Source: a virus
Lineage: Duplodnaviria; Caudoviricetes
Length of the DNA: 64,000 nt
Reading direction: 5' to 3' (one strand)
Virus record (IMG/VR): IMGVR_UViG_3300001485_000138
Coordinates: 1-64,000 of that record
The position numbers and the translations under genes are program-made. The notes below the pieces were generated by a model that was not told the DNA's origin, made no database searches, and saw nothing but the letters and a program-made list of their open reading frames with translations. This document shows positions 8,839 to 18,457 of this stretch, in pieces (position 1 is the first letter of the stretch; the number at the start of each line of letters is the position of its first letter).

Positions 8839-9066
8839 TATGGAGACTTATGGATGATATATTCAGACTTGTAATTACTACTAAGAATGGAGACATAAGC
8901 ATCCAGTATTTTGATGATTATAACACTCTTGATTATAATGCAGTATTATGTTAATTTAGTACTAATATTATAAAAGCAGTAGCACAAAAAGCAACATTAC
9001 TTGGTTGGAAAACATTATTTAGTATTAACAGTTAAAAATAATCATTTAACTTAAATCAAATAAATT

Positions 9067-9363
9067 ATGGCAAACAATAGAAAATGGACTGTACGAGAGG
9101 ATGCAGAAATAATGAGAGTTATTGAACGTAATCCACATAACCTTCACAAATGTTTTATTCTTATTTCTGATATAATTGATCGTACTCCTGGAGCTGTGGA
9201 AAACCGATGGTACACACATGTATCCAAAGACCCTGTAAACAAAGCTTTCTTTACAGCTTCACGTCATCATGTAAGTATGAACCGTAAGAATGGTACAGGT
9301 GAAACAAGTAATATCACTGTATGGAACAAACTCATGCGTGCTCTTCATTCAATAGGATTGTAG
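9067..9363 (+). CDS. putative Myb/SANT-like HTH DNA-binding protein
   Basis: KWTxxED...RTPGAVENRW matches the Myb repeat pattern. Confidence 0.55.
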   Translation: MANNRKWTVREDAEIMRVIERNPHNLHKCFILISDIIDRTPGAVENRWYTHVSKDPVNKAFFTASRHHVSMNRKNGTGETSNITVWNKLMRALHSIGL

Positions 9364-9365
9364 CT

Positions 9366-9521
9366 ATGTCATATATAGAAGAACAACAACTCCAACAAGA
9401 AGTCTTTGAGCAAGAAATTGCCAAGGACTTCTTTTTTAATGATGTAGATACCTACACACAATTCATGATAGATGAAAACTTCCAATATGTTCATAGACCT
9501 AAATTCCCTATTGATGGATAA
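9366..9521 (+). CDS. small acidic hypothetical protein
   Basis: Track ORF 9321..9521; ATG at 9366 after the upstream stop. Confidence 0.55.
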   Translation: MSYIEEQQLQQEVFEQEIAKDFFFNDVDTYTQFMIDENFQYVHRPKFPIDG

Positions 9522-9567
9522 TGAACCTTTTCCAGAAATCTGGTACAGCTAAAAATCTCTGATAATA

Positions 9568-10764
9568 ATGACAAGACAAGAAGTATATAATAACTGCCTT
9601 CAATCACTTTCTACCCACACTTCCCTCCTACTACAACTTCCAACAGGATATGGTAAATCAAAACTGTCTATAGACATCATAAACTATCTTTGTGATACTG
9701 TCTATAAGAACAAGGAAACCACTATGCTGTTACTTGTGGCCAAAAGGGTACATAAACAGACTTGGAAGGAGGAGTTTAGTAAGTGGGGAGGTATAAAGGT
9801 AAGTAATATCATCATTGAGTGCTATGAGTCCATGCATAAGCATACACAGAAATCATTTGATTTCCTGCTTATGGATGAAGTACATCATGTAGGTTCTGAA
9901 TTACGTCTGGCATCCTTAAAGCATATCACATTCTCTTATATGCTTGGACTCTCTGCTACAATACCATTCAATCTAAGACAATACTTCAGGTTCAAATACA
10001 GTGCTGATGTTATCCAATGTTCCATCTCTGAGGCTATTGAAGATGCTATCCTTCCAGAACCACAGATACTCTTATTACCACTATCTCTCGACAACACAAG
10101 ACTGTCAGAGACTATAGAAGTCAATGCTAAAGCTCCAGGACCTATAATCCAAGGAGAGTATAAAGACAGGTGGAAATACAAGAAATCCAAGCAACATGCT
10201 ATTCTGAAATGTACACAACGTCAGAAACTTATAGAGATGGACGATTTAATCTCATGGGAAAAATCTCTGTATATGAGAAATCACAACGAAGCTCTCAAAC
10301 AGTCTTGGTTATTCCATGCAGGTAAACGTCTTGAGTTTCTCTCTGACTGTAAGATAGCATGGGTTAAGCTCATACTACAACGCCTGAAAGATTCCCGTAC
10401 TATTACCTTCTGTAAGACAATAGCACAGACAGAACTTCTTGGTAGTAACTGCATACATTCCAAGAATAAGGAAGCAGAAAATCTCTATAATGACTTCAAT
10501 GCTAAGAAAATAGACCACATTACAGCTGTCAACATCCTCAATGAGAATGCTAACTTGGTAGATTGCAAGTATGCTATCTTTACTAACCTCTCATCCTCTG
10601 ACAGGATTATGCTTCAGCGTACAGGAAGGGCTTTGAGACACTCTTCTCCTGTCATCATCATTCCGTACTTTGAAGGAACAAGAGAGCATGAGATAGTTTC
10701 AGACCTTATTACTGAATTTGATAAAGAATATATTAAAACCATAAATTCTTATACAGAAATATGA
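9568..10764 (+). CDS. superfamily 2 (DExH) helicase
   Basis: Motif I PTGYGKS, II DEVH, III SAT, VI QRTGRALR. Confidence 0.9.
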   Translation: MTRQEVYNNCLQSLSTHTSLLLQLPTGYGKSKLSIDIINYLCDTVYKNKETTMLLLVAKRVHKQTWKEEFSKWGGIKVSNIIIECYESMHKHTQKSFDFLLMDEVHHVGSELRLASLKHITFSYMLGLSATIPFNLRQYFRFKYSADVIQCSISEAIEDAILPEPQILLLPLSLDNTRLSETIEVNAKAPGPIIQGEYKDRWKYKKSKQHAILKCTQRQKLIEMDDLISWEKSLYMRNHNEALKQSWLFHAGKRLEFLSDCKIAWVKLILQRLKDSRTITFCKTIAQTELLGSNCIHSKNKEAENLYNDFNAKKIDHITAVNILNENANLVDCKYAIFTNLSSSDRIMLQRTGRALRHSSPVIIIPYFEGTREHEIVSDLITEFDKEYIKTINSYTEI

Positions 10765-10925
10765 TACCTCAAAATGTGCTTTGGGCACTACATTCTCAGA
10801 TAGAATCTATAGTGAATACAATCGTTCTGCTTGGTTATGATAAGATTGATGATGAGTTAATCTTCAACTATGACTTGGCAGATGTAACAGTCAAATTTAA
10901 AACTAAACAAGATGAAACTGAATAA
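10761..10925 (+). CDS. small hypothetical protein (54 aa)
   Basis: Hand-translated; ATGA overlap. Confidence 0.45.
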   Translation: MIPQNVLWALHSQIESIVNTIVLLGYDKIDDELIFNYDLADVTVKFKTKQDETE

Positions 10926-10996
10926 TTGGATAAAACAGCTGCTGATATTCTTTATATCCTTTGTGGTATCCTTCCTGATATTTCAAATGATAGTAT

Positions 10997-11194
10997 ATGA
11001 AACGCTTCAATAACTCTCTCAACCAACATTGGACACAGCATCATGGGAAGATGGTTCCAAAGAAAGCCTACAACTCTCTTGATGAAGCTATGTCCATCAT
11101 TGACACTCTGTATAAAAACAAACCACATTACCACCCCTATATCTGTAGCTTTTGTGGTCAGTGGCATATAGGACACCATAAATTAAAGAAATAG
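10997..11194 (+). CDS. small Zn-finger protein
   Basis: YICSFCGQWHIGH. Confidence 0.7.
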   Translation: MKRFNNSLNQHWTQHHGKMVPKKAYNSLDEAMSIIDTLYKNKPHYHPYICSFCGQWHIGHHKLKK

Positions 11195-11221
11195 TAAGTG
11201 CTCAAAGGTTTTGCCTTTGAG
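11193..11221 (+). promoter_or_regulatory. AGTHAGTG-hairpin element, copy 1
   Basis: AGTAAGTG-CTCAAAGG-TTTTG-CCTTTGAG. Confidence 0.85.
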
Positions 11222-11237
11222 ATAAAAACAAAACAAA

Positions 11238-11849
11238 ATGACTGAATTTACAATCAAAGAAAAAGTATGCCTCAAGCATAAACTCTCTCTTGAGGAGTTT
11301 CTTGTGGCTCTGTCTGTAAGACAAATCAAAGACTTGCAGGCAGTAATTGATAATCTTCTTACCAGAGAAGTTTTAGTCAAGAAAGAAGGAAAGTATTATG
11401 TTACTCAGCATTGGTCTGATGTGGTAGATGAAATCATCTGTGATTCTGCACCAAACGAAGAAATGCCTGAGGAACAGTTAACTGAACTTGCCAAGCAGAT
11501 GCAAGCTATCTATCCTGCTGGCAAAATGCTTAATAAGTTTGGTATTGAAACTCCTTATTATTATCGCTGTAATGTAGGAGAAATCAAGAAACGTCTTAAG
11601 AAGTTCTTCCTGCTTAGTGGAAACTACACCAGTGAGGAAATCCTTGATGCTACACGCAGGTATGTAGAATCTTTCCATGGCAACTATAGAGGTATGCGTC
11701 TCATTAAGTATTTCATCCTTAAAGATGACATCAAGGAGACAGTGGAAGGAAATCACATAGAGCAAATTTCCGACCTTGCCACCTTCCTTGAGAACAAGGC
11801 AGAAGAAGATTATAATTGGAATGGAAGAGAGGAAGAGCTTGTAAACTGA
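11238..11849 (+). CDS. replication-associated protein (possible helicase loader/initiator)
   Basis: Directly upstream of the DnaB-like gene; helical; function inferred from position only. Confidence 0.45.
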   Translation: MTEFTIKEKVCLKHKLSLEEFLVALSVRQIKDLQAVIDNLLTREVLVKKEGKYYVTQHWSDVVDEIICDSAPNEEMPEEQLTELAKQMQAIYPAGKMLNKFGIETPYYYRCNVGEIKKRLKKFFLLSGNYTSEEILDATRRYVESFHGNYRGMRLIKYFILKDDIKETVEGNHIEQISDLATFLENKAEEDYNWNGREEELVN

Positions 11850-11856
11850 AATCTAT

Positions 11857-12948
11857 ATGAATTTAATTCAAAGAGTCCAGGAAAATATAATTCATAGAAG
11901 GCAAAGGATTCTTGATGGAAAGATTAACTGTATTCCTACACCCATTCCTACATTTAAATACTACTATCCAGGAGTAGAAAAAGCAACTTATTATCTTGTG
12001 TCAGGGGCAGGAAAAAGTGCTAAATCCAAAACAACTAATTTCCTGTTTGTATTTAATCCAATACTATATGCCTTTGAACATCAGGATTTGATAAGACTTC
12101 AGATATTTTATGCGCTCTTGGAGGAAACAGCAGAAAACATAACACTCAAATTTATCTGCTATTTACTGTATATAAAATATGGAATAAGAGTAGATATTAA
12201 GACACTCAAGTCCGTAGATTCCTCAAGAATAGTCTCTCAGGATATACTGGAAAAGATAAACTCATTAGAGATACAGGCAATTCTACATTTTTTTGAAGAA
12301 CATGTGGTATTCATACCTGACAGAAATCCTACAGGTATATATAATACCTTAAAAGAATATGCTGAAAGGAATGGGACTACACATAAAAAATTCGACGCAA
12401 GGGTAAATAATGAAATATTCGATTTTTACGAACCTAATGACCCAGAAGAATATGTTATGTGTGTGGTTGACCATGTATCACTGATTTCAACAGAAAGACA
12501 GATGGATTTGAGAGAGTCAATAAAGAAGTTATCAGAGTATATGAAAATCATACGTAATAAATATGGATATATTCCAGTTATCGTACAGCAGCAAAACTCT
12601 GAAACCATCAGTCTGGAAGCCTATAAGGCTAACAAGATAACACCTACCCAAAAAGGATGTGCCGACTCTCAAGACCCTCCTAAAGATTGTGATATGATGA
12701 TTGGAATAACAAATCCAGATGCCTTTGACATGAAAGAGTTCAAAGGCTATAATATTGCAAAATTAGGAGATTCTGCAAGATTCATTAACATTCCATTGGG
12801 AAGAGACAGTGCAAGCAATGTAGTCTTAGGTCTATACTTTGATGGAGCAACAGGTTTCTATAAAGCACTTCCAAAACCTGATGATGTAGTTAATTTGAGT
12901 AAAGTATATGAACTGATACGAAGAAATAAAGAATCCACCTCTAAGTAA
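11857..12948 (+). CDS. DnaB-like (SF4) replicative helicase
   Basis: Walker A-like GAGKSAKS, Walker B VVDHVSL, IVQQQN, R-finger region IPLGRD. Confidence 0.8.
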   Translation: MNLIQRVQENIIHRRQRILDGKINCIPTPIPTFKYYYPGVEKATYYLVSGAGKSAKSKTTNFLFVFNPILYAFEHQDLIRLQIFYALLEETAENITLKFICYLLYIKYGIRVDIKTLKSVDSSRIVSQDILEKINSLEIQAILHFFEEHVVFIPDRNPTGIYNTLKEYAERNGTTHKKFDARVNNEIFDFYEPNDPEEYVMCVVDHVSLISTERQMDLRESIKKLSEYMKIIRNKYGYIPVIVQQQNSETISLEAYKANKITPTQKGCADSQDPPKDCDMMIGITNPDAFDMKEFKGYNIAKLGDSARFINIPLGRDSASNVVLGLYFDGATGFYKALPKPDDVVNLSKVYELIRRNKESTSK

Positions 12949-12982
12949 TTTTCTAATAAAAAATTATCAATATTTTAAGCAT

Positions 12983-13014
12983 GTTGCTTGCCTCACTTAA
13001 AGCAAGTAACTTTG
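12983..13014 (+). promoter_or_regulatory. Bacteroidota housekeeping-sigma promoter
   Basis: -7 element TAACTTTG at 13007-13014; GTTG 20 nt upstream; ATG at 13048. Confidence 0.7.
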
Positions 13015-13047
13015 CAGTCACTAACAATAAAAAGAGTAGAAGAAACA

Positions 13048-13857
13048 ATGAGTGAAATCATTTTGCCTACAGAACGTAGGAAAGCAACTGACTATAACCC
13101 AAGGTTTATGGTCATCTTTGGAAAGCCTAAGAGTGGTAAATCATCCCTTATGGCATCATTAAACAATAATCTCATCATTGATCTTGAAGATGGTTACAGG
13201 TCTCTCGATGTAATGTGTGTCCAAGCAAGAAGTGCCAATGACATATTTCAGATTAAAGCAGCTATTGAAGCTAAGAATAAAGAAGAAGGAAAGAATTTCT
13301 ACCGCTTCATTACTATAGATAATGCCACACGTCTGGAGGAAATGTCATTGCCTTATGCTGCACATAAATATCGTCAAACCTCTATGGGACAGTACTGGGG
13401 CTATAAGACAGATAAAGCAGGAAACCTGCTAAAAGATGCTAATGGAAAGTATGTCATTGACCCTAAGGCTGATGTACGTCTTCTTCCCAATGGTGCAGGT
13501 TATCTTTATATGAGAGAAGCACTAAAGGAAATGATAAATATGTTCAGACCTCTATGTGATACCTTAATTCTTGTATGTCACGTCAAAGATAAGCAAATCA
13601 AGAAGAATGATGTGGAAACTACAGAAATGTCAGTAGATTTAGCTGGTAAAACGGGAGATATTATCTGTGGGGAAGCTGATGCTATAGGTTATGTATCACG
13701 TCAAGGTAATAAAACACTTCTTACATTTAAGGGAGGAGATAATAACATCAAAGGTTCAAGACCTCTGCATCTCAGGGAAAAATCATTCTGTGTAGCAGAA
13801 TCAGATGAAGATGGTAATCTTAAAGTAGATATGTCAGAAATATTTATTGACAACTAA
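13048..13857 (+). CDS. AAA-family ATPase (Sak4-like recombination/annealing protein)
   Basis: Walker A GKPKSGKS, ITIDN, VCHVK, ADAIGY; track start 12988 overlaps the promoter. Confidence 0.8.
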   Translation: MSEIILPTERRKATDYNPRFMVIFGKPKSGKSSLMASLNNNLIIDLEDGYRSLDVMCVQARSANDIFQIKAAIEAKNKEEGKNFYRFITIDNATRLEEMSLPYAAHKYRQTSMGQYWGYKTDKAGNLLKDANGKYVIDPKADVRLLPNGAGYLYMREALKEMINMFRPLCDTLILVCHVKDKQIKKNDVETTEMSVDLAGKTGDIICGEADAIGYVSRQGNKTLLTFKGGDNNIKGSRPLHLREKSFCVAESDEDGNLKVDMSEIFIDN

Positions 13858-13886
13858 AGTCAGTGCAAGACAGTTCGGCTGTCTTG
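13858..13886 (+). promoter_or_regulatory. AGTHAGTG-hairpin element, copy 2
   Basis: AGTCAGTG-CAAGACAG-TTCGG-CTGTCTTG. Confidence 0.85.
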
Positions 13887-13934
13887 ATAAAAAAAAACAA
13901 ATAATCAACCAACCAATTAAAAACCAAAACTATT

Positions 13935-14399
13935 ATGCAAAAAAGAATTTCATACACTCAGTTTCAGAGTGTAAGAGCTGTTGCTAAGGCAATAGACCCA
14001 ATCATCAGAGAACGTAACAAACTGGAAGCTAAACTTCATAGCCTTATCAGTGAGTATAAAGACAAGAAACTTCAGATTGAAGCTCTGGAAGCAGGCATTG
14101 TTAATGTCATAGGTTTCCATGTAGAAGACCTTGTAGAGAAGGTAATTGAGCCTGGTGTAGATGGTAAGGGTAATCCTACTAGGACTACCAAATATCTTCC
14201 TACAAGTATAGTTTCATATGACGAAGCTACCAAGCAATATGTTATCACTATTCCTGATGATGGAGAAGGTACAGGAAATGCACAACCAGTAGAAGAAAAA
14301 GAAGTAGCCACAACACAAACAGAAGAACAGACAACTGAAACATCTCTCCCAGAAGAGGTATTTCCATTTGAACAAACACAAGAAGAATCAGTATTTTAA
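13935..14399 (+). CDS. hypothetical protein with coiled coil and acidic tail
   Basis: ORF track. Confidence 0.75.
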   Translation: MQKRISYTQFQSVRAVAKAIDPIIRERNKLEAKLHSLISEYKDKKLQIEALEAGIVNVIGFHVEDLVEKVIEPGVDGKGNPTRTTKYLPTSIVSYDEATKQYVITIPDDGEGTGNAQPVEEKEVATTQTEEQTTETSLPEEVFPFEQTQEESVF

Positions 14400-14417
14400 T
14401 AGTAAACATCAATAACT

Positions 14418-15317
14418 ATGAAAGAAAACAATTACAGTTTCCTTGCTATTGGCAAGACACAGGACTCCGATAAAGGAGGTTTTAAGAGGTATATTGGTCT
14501 TGGTAGCACATTTATTAAGGGTGTGCAGCCTACCAAGAAAGAGCTTGATGAGTTCTTTGGCTTTGAATCTACATCAGAACCTGAGTACGTTAAAGAGGGA
14601 GAGAATGGAAAGGAAGTACATATCACATTCCTCATCCAGACTGACCCTGAAACTAACAATGGTATAGACCTCAAGTCCAGAGCTATGTTTACCCTCCGTA
14701 TGACTCCTGCTTACAACAGAGACCAGTCTAAGGTACAAGTAATAGACAAGTATGGTAACTATACCTATGTTTCTACTGAAGATGCAAAGGCAGGTAAGCC
14801 TATTCTTAACAGCTCTGGCAACCCTCAGAAGATAGACACCAAGTATCGCATGGCATGTGTAGGAGAATGTGACCTTGTGGCATTCCTCAAGAAGTATCTC
14901 TGTGTACCAGAAGCTTTCAATTATGTCAACGGTTCATGGGTGAAGAAGGAAGATGCTGATAACTATATCTTTGGTCTTGAACATATCAAAGATTATTTCT
15001 CTGGAAATTTCTCTGAGCTTAAAGAGGCATTGGCACTTCAACCAAACAACAAAGTTAAGCTTCTCTATGGGGTCAAAACTGATAAAGGCAAGCAATATCA
15101 AGCTGTTTGCACAAGAGGAGAACTCATCCTTCCAAACAATGCAGGCAGCTCTGCTGTTGCAAGATTGGAGAAAGACCTTACAAATGCTAAGCAGAATGGC
15201 TCATTCAGCACTACTGAGTATCGCGTGCAGGAACTCCAGGAATATACTGTCCAGCCAACTAATCTTGAAGAGAAACCACAGGAAGAAGCCAGTTCTTCCG
15301 ATGACTGGTGGAACTAA
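14418..15317 (+). CDS. probable single-stranded DNA-binding protein
   Basis: Sits between the AAA ATPase and primase; acidic/aromatic C-terminus EEASSSDDWWN. Confidence 0.55.
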   Translation: MKENNYSFLAIGKTQDSDKGGFKRYIGLGSTFIKGVQPTKKELDEFFGFESTSEPEYVKEGENGKEVHITFLIQTDPETNNGIDLKSRAMFTLRMTPAYNRDQSKVQVIDKYGNYTYVSTEDAKAGKPILNSSGNPQKIDTKYRMACVGECDLVAFLKKYLCVPEAFNYVNGSWVKKEDADNYIFGLEHIKDYFSGNFSELKEALALQPNNKVKLLYGVKTDKGKQYQAVCTRGELILPNNAGSSAVARLEKDLTNAKQNGSFSTTEYRVQELQEYTVQPTNLEEKPQEEASSSDDWWN

Positions 15318-15345
15318 GTAAGTGCTTTGAGGTTCTGCCTCAAAG
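15317..15345 (+). promoter_or_regulatory. AGTHAGTG-hairpin element, copy 3
   Basis: AGTAAGTG-CTTTGAGG-TTCTG-CCTCAAAG. Confidence 0.85.
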
Positions 15346-15377
15346 ATAAATAACTAACCCCCAAACGTGATAATCTT

Positions 15378-16400
15378 ATGCTAATAGGTAAAACTGCATC
15401 AAGTATATCAGTTCAAGAATTATTTCAAAAGTATTCAGAGGTACAGATATTCACCGCTGCCTTTCCTGAGATAACTTCAATACCTTGCAAGATAAGTTCA
15501 CCATTCAGAGTGGATAATAACCCGTCATTTAGTATATATCTTGACAATGGTGGGCATATAAAGTTCAAGGATTTTGGAGATTCCACATGTCATGGAGGAC
15601 TTCTTGACCTTCTATGCAAGAAATGGAACTGCTCTTTCCGGCAAGTCTTTGACAAGATTCTGCAACTCATGGCTCATAGTGAAGTCAGTGCAGAGGAATT
15701 TGGTTCCTCTGTTAAATCCAAGCAGATAAAAATACTCACCCGTAAGGAAGCCTCTGAATCTACCAAAATCCAAGTAGCTGTACGTCCTTGGCAAAAGTAT
15801 GACTATGACTACTGGGCATCCTATGGAATAGAAAAGCAGTGGCTTAAGTATGCAGAGATATATCCTATAAGTCATAAGATTGTCACTAAGAGGGATAGTA
15901 AGACAGGAAAACTTAATAAATACATATTTCCTGCTGATCAGTATGCTTATGTCTATGTAGAACGTAAAGAAGAGAAACTACAACTAAAGATATATCAACC
16001 CTATAATACTAAAGGATTTAAGTGGTGTTCTTGTATGGATTCTTCTGTTATATCTTTATGGACTAAAGTACCTGAAAGGGGAGATAGAATCATCATCTGC
16101 TCCTCAGTGAAAGATGCACTCTGTCTGTCTTGCAACTTGTATATACCTGCCATAGCTCCACAAGGAGAAGGCTACAGTCTTAGTGACACTGCTGTCAGTG
16201 AACTCAAAAGAAGGTTTGATAAGGTTTTTATTTGTTTTGATGTAGATAATGCAGGAAAGACAGATGCAGAGAAACTCGCAAAGAAAACAGGTTTTATCAA
16301 CATTGTACCTGACTTGGGGAAAACCAAAGACCTTAGTGACTATTGGAAATCCCTTGAAAACAAAGAAGACTTTAAACAACTTGAAACACTATTTCATTAA
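15378..16400 (+). CDS. DnaG-type DNA primase
   Basis: N-terminal SPFRVDNNPSF...FKDFG domain; TOPRIM CSSVKD and CFDVDNAG. Confidence 0.85.
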   Translation: MLIGKTASSISVQELFQKYSEVQIFTAAFPEITSIPCKISSPFRVDNNPSFSIYLDNGGHIKFKDFGDSTCHGGLLDLLCKKWNCSFRQVFDKILQLMAHSEVSAEEFGSSVKSKQIKILTRKEASESTKIQVAVRPWQKYDYDYWASYGIEKQWLKYAEIYPISHKIVTKRDSKTGKLNKYIFPADQYAYVYVERKEEKLQLKIYQPYNTKGFKWCSCMDSSVISLWTKVPERGDRIIICSSVKDALCLSCNLYIPAIAPQGEGYSLSDTAVSELKRRFDKVFICFDVDNAGKTDAEKLAKKTGFINIVPDLGKTKDLSDYWKSLENKEDFKQLETLFH

Positions 16401-16420
16401 CCAACAAATTCATTTTATTT

Positions 16421-17140
16421 ATGGAACCAAGAGAAATTCTTATCGCTAATTCAAAAGACCAACGTCGTTATAAAATCACCACTGCTGCTGTAACCCTTCT
16501 ACAACTGAAAGAAGATATTATGGCTAATAACAATGTCCAAATGTATGATGGGGTTAATTGGATACCAAACACTGAACCTATCAATACATCAGGAATGACA
16601 TTTACTGAAGGTATTACAAAGACACAGCTTATAGCTGATGATTCTGTATTGCCTACTAATGTTATGTTCCGAGGTACCCCTACTAACTCTCTTGTAATAC
16701 TTCTTACCAACACAACCAAGAATATTGCTTCTGGTGCTGGTGACAGAAAGACTGCCTATGAACTTATCAAGCAGATGGGTCTTCAAAATACCATCAAAGA
16801 AATCTATGGAAAGAACTTCACACAGGTATCTACCGATAATCTCTACACAGTAATAGAAGATAGCAAGAATCATCCTTATGAATGTTCTCAAGATAGCCAG
16901 TGTACTGAAGTTTCCACTCCGGAAACACCATCACCATCCAAGCCTTCTGTTTCTGCTGCACACCCTGAAACTGTCAACTGGCTTTACGATGGTATCAAAG
17001 CTATGGTAAAAAATAACACTCTTTATGTAAATGATGTAGTAGTATTGTCAGAGCTTATCAGTGAATATTCTGCACGACTACAAGAAGAAACACCTCAGAT
17101 TACAGACGAGGATATAACCCTTATGTTGCACAGCCTGTAA
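16421..17140 (+). CDS. ubiquitin-like (beta-grasp) protein with C-terminal extension
   Basis: N-terminal about 105 aa with beta-beta-alpha (TLLQLKEDI)-beta pattern ending KNIASG(105)AG; first gene of the E2-JAB-E1 cluster. Confidence 0.6.
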   Translation: MEPREILIANSKDQRRYKITTAAVTLLQLKEDIMANNNVQMYDGVNWIPNTEPINTSGMTFTEGITKTQLIADDSVLPTNVMFRGTPTNSLVILLTNTTKNIASGAGDRKTAYELIKQMGLQNTIKEIYGKNFTQVSTDNLYTVIEDSKNHPYECSQDSQCTEVSTPETPSPSKPSVSAAHPETVNWLYDGIKAMVKNNTLYVNDVVVLSELISEYSARLQEETPQITDEDITLMLHSL

Positions 17141-17164
17141 TTGAATGCTTCATAGATTTGTTTG

Positions 17165-17202
17165 GAAGTGCAGTAAGCTTTTAGTTTGCTGCACTTCTTT
17201 TT
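17165..17202 (+). terminator. intrinsic terminator between the Ubl and E2 genes
   Basis: 14-bp stem GAAGTGCAGTAAGC/GTTTGCTGCACTTC (two G.U pairs) followed by TTTTT. Confidence 0.8.
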
Positions 17203-17239
17203 ACTATATAGATTACAATATTTTTTAAATTGAAATCTT

Positions 17240-18457
17240 ATGGTTTTTACACCATTACAATTAAAACAACACATATATCAGCCTGTTTTTGATGTGTATG
17301 ATATATTCAAAAATCACTTCGGGGAAGATTATACTGACTTACAAGGCATCCTTAATGATGATGAGTATAACTCCCTGATTGAAGATTACTATCCACAGTC
17401 TGACTCTTCTCAAGAAATAACAGAAGAAACTCTGACTGGACTAAAGGGAAATATTCCCAATCCACATATCTTAGTATGGTGGCCTAAGGTTACTGTAACA
17501 AATGAATATGACAAACATATAAACATTACTGACTTATATGCGAAGATAGAAATCACTACTGACGGTAATATACCTTTTGAATGGACCAGTGGTTTTAAAC
17601 TTATCCGAACATCTGCACCACCATCACAAATAATAGCTGGATATGTCCACTCTCATGTTTATTCAGACAGAAACTACACAAACATACAGGAATTTAAAAC
17701 TCCTTGTCTTGGAAGAGGGCCTATTAGGCAGACAGTCCTAAGTCTTATGACATCATACAGCATGGAACTATGGATGCTTTTTTGTGAAGAGCTGTCAAGA
17801 TATGTTACTGTAGAAAGTCTGAATGGAGGCCCTTATATCCGTATGGAGTCGGTAGGAGGTAAAAGTGAAATTGATATAAAGCAACAGTTTGGATTTAATC
17901 TGGATTATGTGCTCATTCTTGGAGACTTATATAGCCCACATGGCATACAGAAACTGAATGATATAATTAAATCATTCTTTAAATACTACTATATATTAGA
18001 TAACAGGCTATCCATAGACTTCGATGGTTTGCAGTATAGACTGGGAAAAGATATTATACATGGTCTTATAGATGTATCCAACTCTTTTATAAGGTGGGCA
18101 AATATTTTGCCGACAGAGGAAAGGCAATGGATAAAGAATACCAATTTATTAAATAAATATGTATGCACTGAAGGTAAGATATATGAAACCTCAGGATCAC
18201 TTACAAGCAATCTTACTCACTTACATTATTGTCGATGCCTAAAGTTCAAAGAAGAAGATATATACTTCAAGATACTTGATGAAGATATGGTTGAGGATAA
18301 TGCAGTAACATTGTTAGACATCCCCCTTGCCGCAAAACTGATAAAAAACATATTTAATATTCTAAATTACAGATACAATGGAACCAATAACACAGAATCT
18401 TCCAGCAATAGAAAAACAGTCTGCTACATTCAAAATGAATGTACCTCAGAAGGTTGA
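17240..18457 (+). CDS. prokaryotic E2-like (UBC-fold) protein
   Basis: YVHSHV (H137-H139) followed by candidate catalytic C156 in PCLG; neighbours JAB and ThiF. Confidence 0.65.
   Translation: MVFTPLQLKQHIYQPVFDVYDIFKNHFGEDYTDLQGILNDDEYNSLIEDYYPQSDSSQEITEETLTGLKGNIPNPHILVWWPKVTVTNEYDKHINITDLYAKIEITTDGNIPFEWTSGFKLIRTSAPPSQIIAGYVHSHVYSDRNYTNIQEFKTPCLGRGPIRQTVLSLMTSYSMELWMLFCEELSRYVTVESLNGGPYIRMESVGGKSEIDIKQQFGFNLDYVLILGDLYSPHGIQKLNDIIKSFFKYYYILDNRLSIDFDGLQYRLGKDIIHGLIDVSNSFIRWANILPTEERQWIKNTNLLNKYVCTEGKIYETSGSLTSNLTHLHYCRCLKFKEEDIYFKILDEDMVEDNAVTLLDIPLAAKLIKNIFNILNYRYNGTNNTESSSNRKTVCYIQNECTSEG

Noticed and set aside
17167-17191. Counting the hairpin after the Ubl gene as a 12th AGTHAGTG copy
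   Set aside because: It lacks the AGTH prefix, the loop is TTTTA, and it has G.U pairs and a U-tract. It is listed as a terminator and possible derivative.
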